From the IMG/VR virus record IMGVR_UViG_3300047548_000772, positions 32,001-96,000 of that record: a stretch of 64,000 bases of DNA; one strand, written 5' to 3'. The DNA comes from a virus. Below, in pieces: positions 1 to 7,522 of the stretch (the stretch's first letter is position 1; each line of letters opens with the position of its first letter). The translations under genes were made by a program, and so were the position numbers. The notes below the pieces were generated by a model. The model made no database searches. It was not told the DNA's origin and was given only the letters and a program-made list of their open reading frames with translations.

Positions 1-64
1 AAACCATCAGACTGTAAATCTGACGCCTCCGGCTACGCTGGTTCGAATCCAGCCCTGCCCACCA
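1..64 (+). tRNA. tRNA-Tyr(GTA), 5' end outside window
   Basis: Anticodon arm tcaga-ctGTAaa-tctga, variable arm, T-arm gctgg-ttcgaat-ccagc, encoded CCA. Confidence 0.9.
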
Positions 65-86
65 CTTTGTAGCACAGCAAATTTTT

Positions 87-162
87 GCTCCTATCGTCTA
101 GAGGCCTAGGACACCACCCTTTCACGGTGGATACAGGGGTTCGAATCCCCTTGGGAGTGCCA
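87..162 (+). tRNA. tRNA-Glu(TTC)
   Basis: 76-nt cloverleaf; ccacc-ctTTCac-ggtgg; CCA end. Confidence 0.95.
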
Positions 163-282
163 GTTCCGGTCTGAGGTCGCTCCTCAGCGCAAACGTCAGC
201 GTAGGCGTGACAGCCGAGGGAGAGTCCACGGACATATTCAAAAATATCTCAGTGCGCAATAACTCCTATTAAATAGAAAGTT

Positions 283-1248
283 ATGAAAAAAATATTAATT
301 CTAGGCGCAGGCGGATTTATTGGAACACACTTAACCAATGATCTAAAAAACAAAGGTCACTATGTTATTGGAGCAGACTTAAAGTATCCTAAGTTTTCCA
401 AAACAACTGCAGATGAGTTTTATATTGCCGACCTGCGCGACACAATCGCAGTAGAAAAATTAATTACGTCTGACATTGACATGATTTATCAACTAGCAGC
501 CGACATGGGCGGCGCTGGATATATCTTTGTTGGCAACAATGACGCCGATATAATGCATAATTCAGCAAAGATTAATATCAATGTTGTAGAAGCAATGGTC
601 AAGTCAGGTGTAAAAAATGTATTATTCACGTCCAGTGCATGTGTTTACCCACAGGGCAACCAAGAAAATTTAGATACACTTTGTATTACAGAATCATCAG
701 CATACCCGGCCGATCCAGACAGTGATTATGGCTGGGAAAAATTGTTTAGTGAAAGATTGTATCTAGCATTTGCTCGTAACTACAATCTTAATGTTCGTGT
801 TGTTAGATTACATAACGTGTTTGGTCCACTTTGTAGTTGGAACGACGGGCGTGAAAAGTCCCCAGCAGCATTGTGCCGTAAAGTTGCAATGGCCAAAAAC
901 AACGACACCATTGACGTATGGGGTGATGGCACTCAAGTTAGAAGCTTTTTGTTCATTGATCAATGTTTAGAAGGAATTCAACGCATAGTCGATGGCAATT
1001 ATTGTCAACCTCTGAACTTAGGCAGCGATAGAATGATTTCTATCAATGACCTTGCTAAACTAATATCAACTATAGCCGAGAAGCAAATAACTATTAACAA
1101 TATTCCTGGTCCAAAAGGCGTTAACTTTAGAACCAGCGACAATACATTAATTAATGAACAATTGGGTTGGTGCCCAAAAGACAATCTAGAATACGGATTA
1201 CAAAAAACGTATTTCTGGATATTAGATCAAATTAAGGATTCTCAATGA
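283..1248 (+). CDS. NAD-dependent epimerase/dehydratase, GDP-mannose 3,5-epimerase-like
   Basis: GAGGFIG Rossmann motif, LAADMGG, YGWEK (YxxxK), WGDG; extended SDR. Confidence 0.85.
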   Translation: MKKILILGAGGFIGTHLTNDLKNKGHYVIGADLKYPKFSKTTADEFYIADLRDTIAVEKLITSDIDMIYQLAADMGGAGYIFVGNNDADIMHNSAKININVVEAMVKSGVKNVLFTSSACVYPQGNQENLDTLCITESSAYPADPDSDYGWEKLFSERLYLAFARNYNLNVRVVRLHNVFGPLCSWNDGREKSPAALCRKVAMAKNNDTIDVWGDGTQVRSFLFIDQCLEGIQRIVDGNYCQPLNLGSDRMISINDLAKLISTIAEKQITINNIPGPKGVNFRTSDNTLINEQLGWCPKDNLEYGLQKTYFWILDQIKDSQ

Positions 1249-2387
1249 ACGTAGGTATTATTGGTGTAGGTAAGTTAGGTCTTGCTTATGCATTGGTTTT
1301 TGAACAACTAGGTCACAATGTTGTGGCTAGTAGCTATAAACAAGATTATGTTGATCAGTTATTAAAAAAACAAATCGACAGTCCTGAGCCCGGCATCGAA
1401 GAGTCTCTAAAAAAATCAAACATCGATTTTACCATTGACAACCATCATGTTATCAACTTGTGTGATATAATTTATGTTATGGTTGCTACTCCGAGTACAC
1501 CTGAAGGTGACTACGATGTTTCTGCTGTTGATTTAGTAGTGCAAGATTTTATTAACCACCAAGGTCCAGTCGCTGGTAAGATTCTAATTGTAGGTAGTAC
1601 TGTTAACCCAGGAAACTGCCAAAAGATTCAAGAATTACTAAATCCATTTGGTGTTAATGTCGTATATTGTCCTACATTTGCAGCACAAGGAACTGTAATG
1701 CGTAACATTCGAGATCCAAAAAGTTTACTTTTAGGCACAAACAATGTCGAAGTTGCAGAACAATGTAGGAAACTATTTATCGAAGTGTGTGGCGAAGATA
1801 CACCTGTGCACATTGTTGAACCAACAACTGCTGAGATTTTAAAACTAGCAGGAAATTGCAAAGCCACACTCGAAATTAGTTTCTTTAACATGATTTCACA
1901 AATCGTAATTAATGCTGGATTAAAACACAATTTAGATCAAGTTGATAGATACTTAAATCTTGTCAAAACCAAACAACAATGGGGCCACGGATTTGGATTC
2001 GGCGGACCTTGTTTTCCCCGAGACAATCGCTCAATGGTGCATTACGCAAACAAGTTAGGCATCGACTTTCGATTAGGCAATACCATTGATGAATTCAATC
2101 AACAACACGTTAAATTCTTGACTAATTATTTCCTACAAGACAACATCAATGACTTGCCTTACTACTTTGAGTATATTACCTACAAACCAGGTGTTAACAT
2201 TCTCGAAGAAAGTCATCAACTAAAAGTCTGTAAGAAGTTACTCGAGGCTGGCAAACAAGTCTATGTCGAAAATACAAAGTTCTTGTTACCGTTTATCATT
2301 GACGAATTATCGGCGCAATATCCAAACATCGAGTTCGTTACCCTAGCAGAAAAAAACATTCCTGTATATAACGTAACCGCATACTAA
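1245..2387 (+). CDS. UDP-glucose/GDP-mannose 6-dehydrogenase family protein
   Basis: GVGKLG Rossmann motif, VATPS, GSTVNPG, catalytic GFGGPCFPRD; C-terminal domain divergent. Confidence 0.85.
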   Translation: MNVGIIGVGKLGLAYALVFEQLGHNVVASSYKQDYVDQLLKKQIDSPEPGIEESLKKSNIDFTIDNHHVINLCDIIYVMVATPSTPEGDYDVSAVDLVVQDFINHQGPVAGKILIVGSTVNPGNCQKIQELLNPFGVNVVYCPTFAAQGTVMRNIRDPKSLLLGTNNVEVAEQCRKLFIEVCGEDTPVHIVEPTTAEILKLAGNCKATLEISFFNMISQIVINAGLKHNLDQVDRYLNLVKTKQQWGHGFGFGGPCFPRDNRSMVHYANKLGIDFRLGNTIDEFNQQHVKFLTNYFLQDNINDLPYYFEYITYKPGVNILEESHQLKVCKKLLEAGKQVYVENTKFLLPFIIDELSAQYPNIEFVTLAEKNIPVYNVTAY

Positions 2388-2533
2388 AATGTTTAGCTGG
2401 CCAGACTGGTTATACAAACTGTGGGCACTATTTCTAAGATGTATCTTAGTGCCCCTTAGTTTACCCGTTCGTGCAGTCGAGCGGTTGACAGGAAATACGT
2501 TTCCGCGCAATAATATTGAAAAATACAGAACAA

Positions 2534-2610
2534 GCACCGTTAGATCAGTTGGTTAGATCGTCTGCCTGTCACGCAGAAGGCCAGGGGTTCGAGTCCCCTA
2601 CGGTGCGCCA
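2534..2610 (+). tRNA. tRNA-Asp(GTC)
   Basis: gcaccgt/acggtgc acceptor; tctgc-ctGTCac-gcaga; CCA. Confidence 0.95.
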
Positions 2611-2614
2611 TAAT

Positions 2615-2797
2615 TTAGTATAGACGCTGAGATCAGAAGGCAAACGAGTACCCAGGGCTCCGCAGTAATGGATCATGGTTTTAAGCCCGTAACGGTAGAA
2701 AACTCTCTCAAGCGAGACAATCCTGCAAGGGCTACCCAGGTAGCATAGCAGGGCGACTAAATCGCATTGGGGGGTGTGCGAAATCACCTCCCACCAA
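2615..2797 (+). ncRNA. Candidate structured RNA between tRNA-Asp and tRNA-Trp
   Basis: Helices gggct/agccc, cctgc/gcagg enclosing gctacc/ggtagc, gcga/tcgc, and a 9-bp terminal hairpin followed by CCA; no credible + strand ORF. Confidence 0.5.
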
Positions 2798-2798
2798 T

Positions 2799-2883
2799 TA
2801 CCGGTTCGCATAGCGGCGATTGCAGCGGTCTCCAAAACCGCCGACGGAAGTCCACGGGGGTTCGAGTCCCTCACCGGTAGCCA
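2799..2883 (+). tRNA. tRNA-Trp(CCA) with a long variable arm
   Basis: taccggt/accggta acceptor, G73, gcggt-ctCCAaa-accgc, 14-nt variable region with gac-ggaa-gtc hairpin. Confidence 0.88.
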
Positions 2884-2925
2884 AACAACTGTAATTGTCA
2901 GATGTGAGAGAAAGGAAAATTGACA

Positions 2926-3123
2926 ATGTATCGAATAGTATATGATGATCAAGAAGAAGTTTTTGCTAGCCTTGGGTTAGCAATGGAACGGGCACAAGCC
3001 ATTCCACACTTTGTAACCATTTCAGGTAATGGTTATGATATAGTAGGGCGTTTTGGTGTAGATGCTGTTGTAGCAGGAGTACTGCCTAATGGCACAGACT
3101 ACACTTGGCGTAAACGTAGATAA
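2926..3123 (+). CDS. Hypothetical protein
   Basis: ORF with AAGGA ribosome-binding site. Confidence 0.6.
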   Translation: MYRIVYDDQEEVFASLGLAMERAQAIPHFVTISGNGYDIVGRFGVDAVVAGVLPNGTDYTWRKRR

Positions 3124-3134
3124 AGGAGAGTATT

Positions 3135-3269
3135 GTGGCACACAAGCAACAAGGTATCCGTACTCCGAGCCCTCAATGGTGGAAACACTTGCGAGATTGG
3201 AAGCGTGTGTTTTGGAAGGCAGAACGCCAAGCGCACAAAAAGGAAATGAATAAACAAAAAGGAGAGTAG
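3135..3269 (+). CDS. Small basic hypothetical protein (44 aa, GTG start)
   Basis: Own translation MAHKQQGIRTPSPQWWKHLRDWKRVFWKAERQ...; AAGGAG RBS. Confidence 0.65.
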   Translation: MAHKQQGIRTPSPQWWKHLRDWKRVFWKAERQAHKKEMNKQKGE

Positions 3270-3270
3270 C

Positions 3271-3390
3271 ATGAAGGCATGGTATCGCAAGTACAATGAT
3301 CGACAGTTAAACTCTAGTACATATCACAAAAAGGATGGCACAAATATTCGTGCTAAACTTAAACAATTTTATAAAAAGGAAATGACATGA
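3271..3390 (+). CDS. Small basic hypothetical protein (39 aa)
   Basis: Own translation MKAWYRKYNDRQLNSSTYHKKDGTNIRAKLKQFYKKEMT; GGAG RBS. Confidence 0.55.
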   Translation: MKAWYRKYNDRQLNSSTYHKKDGTNIRAKLKQFYKKEMT

Positions 3391-3469
3391 AACGTGCGAA
3401 ACGTTAGTGTCGACTCTGGAACCCGTATGGTCCTTAGTCGGCACGTAAAATAAATTTACATACGACTAT

Positions 3470-3545
3470 CCCTTTCAGGTGTTGTTGGTAGCATACATGA
3501 CTCTTAATCATCGAGGGCAGAGTTCAAATCTCTGGGGAGGGACCA
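3470..3545 (+). tRNA. tRNA-Lys(CTT)
   Basis: 76 nt; atga-ctCTTaa-tcat; T-arm cagag-ttcaaat-ctctg; CCA. Confidence 0.85.
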
Positions 3546-3548
3546 TAT

Positions 3549-3624
3549 GGGAGTATGGTGAAATGGTTATCACAGCAGACTTTTAATCTGCCAGTTCAGG
3601 GTTCGAGTCCCTGTGCTCCTACCA
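3549..3624 (+). tRNA. tRNA-Lys(TTT)
   Basis: gcaga-ctTTTaa-tctgc; CCA. Confidence 0.95.
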
Positions 3625-3722
3625 TATAGAAACACATTAGTCCGGGTCATGTTGGTTGGTTGAAGTCCAACGAAAAGGCAGCATTGGCGACATGGTAAGA
3701 TCCTAGTGTGCTTCTATATGGT
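3621..3722 (+). repeat. tRNA 3'-trailer inverted-repeat element, copy 1
   Basis: 20-bp stem 3621-3640/3703-3722 (one A-C mismatch, one G-U) starting at the tRNA ACCA. Confidence 0.85.
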
Positions 3723-3729
3723 AAACAAT

Positions 3730-3804
3730 TCTCGTGTAGCTCAGTGGTAGAGCAGCGGCTTGATAAGCCGTTGGTCACAAGTTCAAATCTTGTCGCGAGA
3801 ACCA
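3730..3804 (+). tRNA. tRNA-Ile(GAT)
   Basis: tctcgtg/cgcgaga acceptor; gcggc-ttGATaa-gccgt; CCA. Confidence 0.92.
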
Positions 3805-3814
3805 TACAATTTGT

Positions 3815-3891
3815 TGGGGATTAGCCAAGTCTGGTAAGGCAGCGGATTTTGATTCCGCCATGCAGAGGTTCGAATCCTTTATCCCCAGCCA
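3815..3891 (+). tRNA. tRNA-Gln(TTG)
   Basis: tggggat/atcccca acceptor; gcgga-ttTTGat-tccgc; CCA. Confidence 0.95.
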
Positions 3892-3900
3892 AACAGTTAA

Positions 3901-4019
3901 GCCTGGCGGGGGTATATCACTTGCTCGTAGTACCGTAGTTATATGGTGAGCAACATCGGTAGGGTGCGAGGCCCTATGGGTTTGCCGTTAATCCCAACAC
4001 GCCCCGGAGGTAACGGCAC
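3901..4019 (+). ncRNA. Candidate pseudoknotted RNA between tRNA-Gln and tRNA-His
   Basis: Closing cgggg/ccccg, hairpins ttgctc/gagcaa and taggg/cccta, 8-bp tgccgtta/taacggca pairing. Confidence 0.5.
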
Positions 4020-4023
4020 TAAT

Positions 4024-4098
4024 GGTGTTGTTAGTGTAGTGGTAACACGACGGATTGTGATTCCGTTATCACGAGTTCGAACCTCGTACGACACCCCA
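4024..4098 (+). tRNA. tRNA-His(GTG)
   Basis: Encoded G-1 opposite C73; acgga-ttGTGat-tccgt; CCA. Confidence 0.95.
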
Positions 4099-4201
4099 AA
4101 ATTCGGATAAATGTATCCAAAACTTGTCAACGAAACATAGCTCTCCTGCGTTAATAGTAGTGTAAGCACAACGCTTACAGTTCATTCTAAAGGAGACTAA
4201 C

Positions 4202-4417
4202 ATGAACAAGTTTGCCGTTATTGTAGCATCACTATTTGCTGTAACCGCTTTTGCTGCCGAGCCAGCTAAAACCGAAACCAAGGTCGAAGCCAAACCCGCT
4301 GTAACTGCTCCTGCTAAGGAAGTTAAAAAGGACGCAACGCCTGCAAAAAGCGAAAAGCCTGCTGTCAAGAACGAAAAAGCGGCAACTAAGCCTGCTGCTG
4401 ATAAGCCAGCAAAGTAA
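4202..4417 (+). CDS. Small exported Ala/Lys/Pro-rich protein (acid-shock Asr-like composition)
   Basis: Signal-peptide-like N-terminus (AFA/AE) followed by low-complexity KPA repeats; AAGGAG RBS. Confidence 0.7.
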   Translation: MNKFAVIVASLFAVTAFAAEPAKTETKVEAKPAVTAPAKEVKKDATPAKSEKPAVKNEKAATKPAADKPAK

Positions 4418-4633
4418 TCACGAGTTTGAACCTAGCAACGATGTTATACCTGATTCAGATGACTTAGATATACATCGTAGTTATAGTAGACCCAAACTTA
4501 TCACTGTTGATCCGGACGACAGTGATATTTCAGATCGCGTAAAACTCAGATTATTTCTTGCTCGACAAAAGGCTGTCGAAAAACACAGAGAGGTTTGGGG
4601 CACAACCGCCCTTTAACCTCTCTTCTATTTTAT

Positions 4634-4711
4634 GGTGCAGTGGCCGAGTGGACCAAGGCAACTGTCTGCAAAACAGTAAAACCACAAGTTCGAATCTTGT
4701 CTGCACCTCCA
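4634..4711 (+). tRNA. tRNA-Cys(GCA)
   Basis: actgt-ctGCAaa-acagt; U73; CCA. Confidence 0.95.
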
Positions 4712-4714
4712 ACG

Positions 4715-4891
4715 CTAACGGTTGTGTCCTCGTATAAACCAGGATTCTTGATACAACTGTTTTCTAACTTCATCTTCGCTGTAATCAAACGTCTGGCTAC
4801 ACAGTGAAATAAATTTTTCGTGATCTTGCTCTATTTCGTGTAGACTTTGCCCTTGGCACCAACCGTGGTACAATGCTCTTGCATATTCTAT
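4715..4891 (-). CDS. Hypothetical protein
   Basis: ORF from MIEYARALYHGW. Confidence 0.45.
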   Translation of the reverse strand: MEYARALYHGWCQGQSLHEIEQDHEKFISLCSQTFDYSEDEVRKQLYQESWFIRGHNR

Positions 4892-4896
4892 CATAG

Positions 4897-4904
4897 TATA
4901 AATA
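4897..4904 (+). promoter_or_regulatory. T4-type late promoter motif TATAAATA
   Basis: Exact T4 late consensus; ATAAATA also lies just upstream of genes or RNAs at 7311, 10872, 12240, 14022, 15535, 19299 (+) and 13585, 56038, 56807 (-). Confidence 0.6.
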
Positions 4905-4950
4905 TTTATAGTGCAACGCAGCATTTAAAAGCCCAGTTAAAGGAACTAGT

Positions 4951-5109
4951 ATGACTGATAAACAAAAGTTGTTAGCAGAAGTACTAAAACTCAAAATGTA
5001 CCTACTAGGTATATCAAATAAGCATCAACTCACTGTTTACACAGAAGATATGCTAGAGCGTGTCAACGACATAATTACAGCAGTAGAAGAATGTCGAGAC
5101 AATGATTGA
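4951..5109 (+). CDS. Hypothetical protein (52 aa)
   Basis: Own translation MTDKQKLLAEVLKLK...; AAGGA RBS; stop overlaps next start. Confidence 0.55.
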   Translation: MTDKQKLLAEVLKLKMYLLGISNKHQLTVYTEDMLERVNDIITAVEECRDND

Positions 5110-7213
5110 TATACTATTTTGTGCAATACCTTACAGTAATTTAGACCACATCTATAGCGCACCGGCAATCCTTAAAGGGGTTGTAACTGAAAACGGATAT
5201 ACTGCTAAAACTGTGGAATTTGGGCATGAGCTTTTTAAACTATGCAACAATGACGTTGACTTGTTTACCAGCGTCCAGCAGTACTTTATTTCGAACAAAA
5301 ACGAAGATAAAGTAGTCCTAGATATCGTTGAAAACTTTTACAACAACACTATATCTTATTTTAAAAATAACCCATCTCTCTATATTGGCATCAGCGTATT
5401 TTCAGTATGGACTCACAAGACCACGTGGGAGTTGCTAACACGTATCAAACAAGAAAATATTTCTAGCAAAATAATTATCGGTGGTACCGGTGCAAACGTT
5501 GGCCCTTATAGAATGTTTAACGATTTGTTTCAATTGCGTGGACTAGAAAAAACATTAAAGTATGGTAAGTTGTTAGAAAAAAGAAACTTAGCCGACTATG
5601 TAGTTCTTGGCGACGGCGAAGATGCAATTCTTAACATACTACAAAACAACAATGGCTTTGATACCAACGTTATCGACACTCAACATCGTAGTGAGTTTTT
5701 TAGGTCACCGATTCCAGATTATAGCGACTACGACTTTAGCTTTTATCGCTTTGCCGATGGAGAAATACGTTGGCCAATTACCGGCAGCAAGGGCTGTGTA
5801 AGAGATTGCGATTTTTGCGACATTGCTAAACAATTTGGAAAGTATCGTTATCGCGGTGGAAAAGACATAGCCAATGAAATGATTGAGATCGCTAACACCA
5901 AAGGTGCGAGAAAATTTAACTTTTCAGACAGTTTGGTCAATGGCGGGCTTAAACCGTTTAAAGAATTTTTAGAAATTGTTGGTGACTACAACGATTCAAA
6001 TCCATCTAAGGCTATCACTTGGTCTGGACAATATATATGTAGACCCGACGTTCCTGATGAAATGTATGATCTAATAAAACGCAGCGGTGGTGAAGGCCTA
6101 ACCATCGGCGCTGAAAGCGGAAGCAACGCTGTACTTGCAGCAATGAACAAAAAGACCACAGTAGAGGCACTATATGCCGAGCTTGAAAAATTTAGTAAAC
6201 GCAAGATCACTTGTGTCTTACTGCTCATGGTTGGACACTGGTCGGAAACATGGGACGACTTTGTTGACCATTGCCGAATGATTGTAAACATTGCGCCTTA
6301 TGTGCGTTCAGGTTGTGTGTCAGGTGTTCGTGCAGGATTGCCAATGATCATGCACGATCAAACACCGGCGTGGGAAAACAAAGAACAAAATCAAATTATT
6401 ATCAGTGATTTCGATCCGAATAATATTTGGTACTGCGGTATCAATCCTTCTAACACGTACAAAGAACGTATTTTTAGAAAATTATTGGTAGTAGATCTTT
6501 GCAAGAAGATGCGCATACCTTTGTTGGGCGAAACTGAAGATTACCTACAATGCTCAGCAGTTATGGGATCAAACAAAGAAAAAATTGTCGAGTTTTATCA
6601 ACAGTTTGGCATAGACTTTGATGAACCAACAGAAGCAGAAAAACATTTAGCTAACTTTGATCAATTTGTCAATGAACTAACTCATAAGAATTCGCTGGAA
6701 TTAGACTTAACTGTCGTTGCCAGCGAGTGCAATGGCATGCCTAATTTACAAATTCTCAAGGATGGCAATTTGATTTATAACAAGTTGCTGAACAATGGAA
6801 CTCATATTATTAAATTACAGTTACCACAATGCGATACTAATAACCTTAGTTTCAAAATGAGCAACAAAGATGCAGCAGCCGATACCAAGGTAATCAACGG
6901 CAACGTAGTAGAAGATAAATTTATAGAAATAAAATCTTTAAAAATTGACAACTACGACTTATGCGCAGACCCAGATTTTTTCCGCGGTCAGATTGAATAC
7001 GTTGACGATCTTGCTGGTAAAGTTGATGTCAAATTTGGATTTTGGAATAACGGCACAATGTCCTTAAGCTATCCTAAAGAGTTTCAGCTTTGGTACCAGC
7101 ATCAAAGTAGTAAATATGCATCTCCAGAATCCGAGTCGGCGTATCGAGAATTCTTAAACACCGCATCAACTTCAACCAGAGAAAAGTTAGTAAAATTAGT
7201 AACATCAAAATAA
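5102..7213 (+). CDS. Cobalamin-binding radical SAM protein with a C-terminal accessory domain
   Basis: N-terminal B12-binding-like region, GSKGCVRDCDFC (CxxxCxxC), FSDSLVNG, IGAESGS; C-terminus resembles ORF 48278-48736. Confidence 0.85.
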   Translation: MIDILFCAIPYSNLDHIYSAPAILKGVVTENGYTAKTVEFGHELFKLCNNDVDLFTSVQQYFISNKNEDKVVLDIVENFYNNTISYFKNNPSLYIGISVFSVWTHKTTWELLTRIKQENISSKIIIGGTGANVGPYRMFNDLFQLRGLEKTLKYGKLLEKRNLADYVVLGDGEDAILNILQNNNGFDTNVIDTQHRSEFFRSPIPDYSDYDFSFYRFADGEIRWPITGSKGCVRDCDFCDIAKQFGKYRYRGGKDIANEMIEIANTKGARKFNFSDSLVNGGLKPFKEFLEIVGDYNDSNPSKAITWSGQYICRPDVPDEMYDLIKRSGGEGLTIGAESGSNAVLAAMNKKTTVEALYAELEKFSKRKITCVLLLMVGHWSETWDDFVDHCRMIVNIAPYVRSGCVSGVRAGLPMIMHDQTPAWENKEQNQIIISDFDPNNIWYCGINPSNTYKERIFRKLLVVDLCKKMRIPLLGETEDYLQCSAVMGSNKEKIVEFYQQFGIDFDEPTEAEKHLANFDQFVNELTHKNSLELDLTVVASECNGMPNLQILKDGNLIYNKLLNNGTHIIKLQLPQCDTNNLSFKMSNKDAAADTKVINGNVVEDKFIEIKSLKIDNYDLCADPDFFRGQIEYVDDLAGKVDVKFGFWNNGTMSLSYPKEFQLWYQHQSSKYASPESESAYREFLNTASTSTREKLVKLVTSK

Positions 7214-7220
7214 GATTATA

Positions 7221-7310
7221 GGAAGTGTGGCAGAGTCCGGTTTATTGCAACAGTCTTGAAAACTGTCGATCAGAAATGGTCCGTGAGTTCGAATCTCACC
7301 GCTTCCGCCA
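7221..7310 (+). tRNA. tRNA-Ser(TGA)
   Basis: 90 nt, long variable arm; acagt-ctTGAaa-actgt; CCA. Confidence 0.95.
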
Positions 7311-7322
7311 ATAAATAAGTTT

Positions 7323-7496
7323 ATGACACAAGTTATTAACTTTCACCAAGCAAAATCACAGCGCCAACGTGAAGCTGTTGTTCGTAGTTTTTACGACATG
7401 TTTAACTACGCAATTGACTTTTTTATTCACTACTGGTTTTACCCATTGGTTGCTGCTGTAGAAACAGTACGCCGTAGACAACTAGTAGTGCTTTAA
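7323..7496 (+). CDS. Hypothetical protein (57 aa)
   Basis: Own translation MTQVINFHQAKSQRQR...; preceded by ATAAATA. Confidence 0.5.
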   Translation: MTQVINFHQAKSQRQREAVVRSFYDMFNYAIDFFIHYWFYPLVAAVETVRRRQLVVL

Positions 7497-7522
7497 CACT
7501 ATTTCGTCCCATCGACGTTGGT

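Noticed and set aside
163-233. HDV-like theta ribozyme, SRP RNA or RNase P fragment
   Set aside because: Helix order does not fit the HDV nested double pseudoknot; tcag...cagc and gagggagagtcc only loosely recall SRP and RNase P motifs and the rest of those cores is missing.
2420-2450. Palindrome ctaagat-gt-atcttag within gggcact/agtgccc
   Set aside because: Single occurrence, no T-tail or second copy; cannot be told from chance or a simple terminator-like hairpin.
3405-3475. Amber read-through (SECIS/PYLIS-like) of the MKRAKR minigene
   Set aside because: A second in-frame TAG follows nine codons later and no suppressor tRNA is present.
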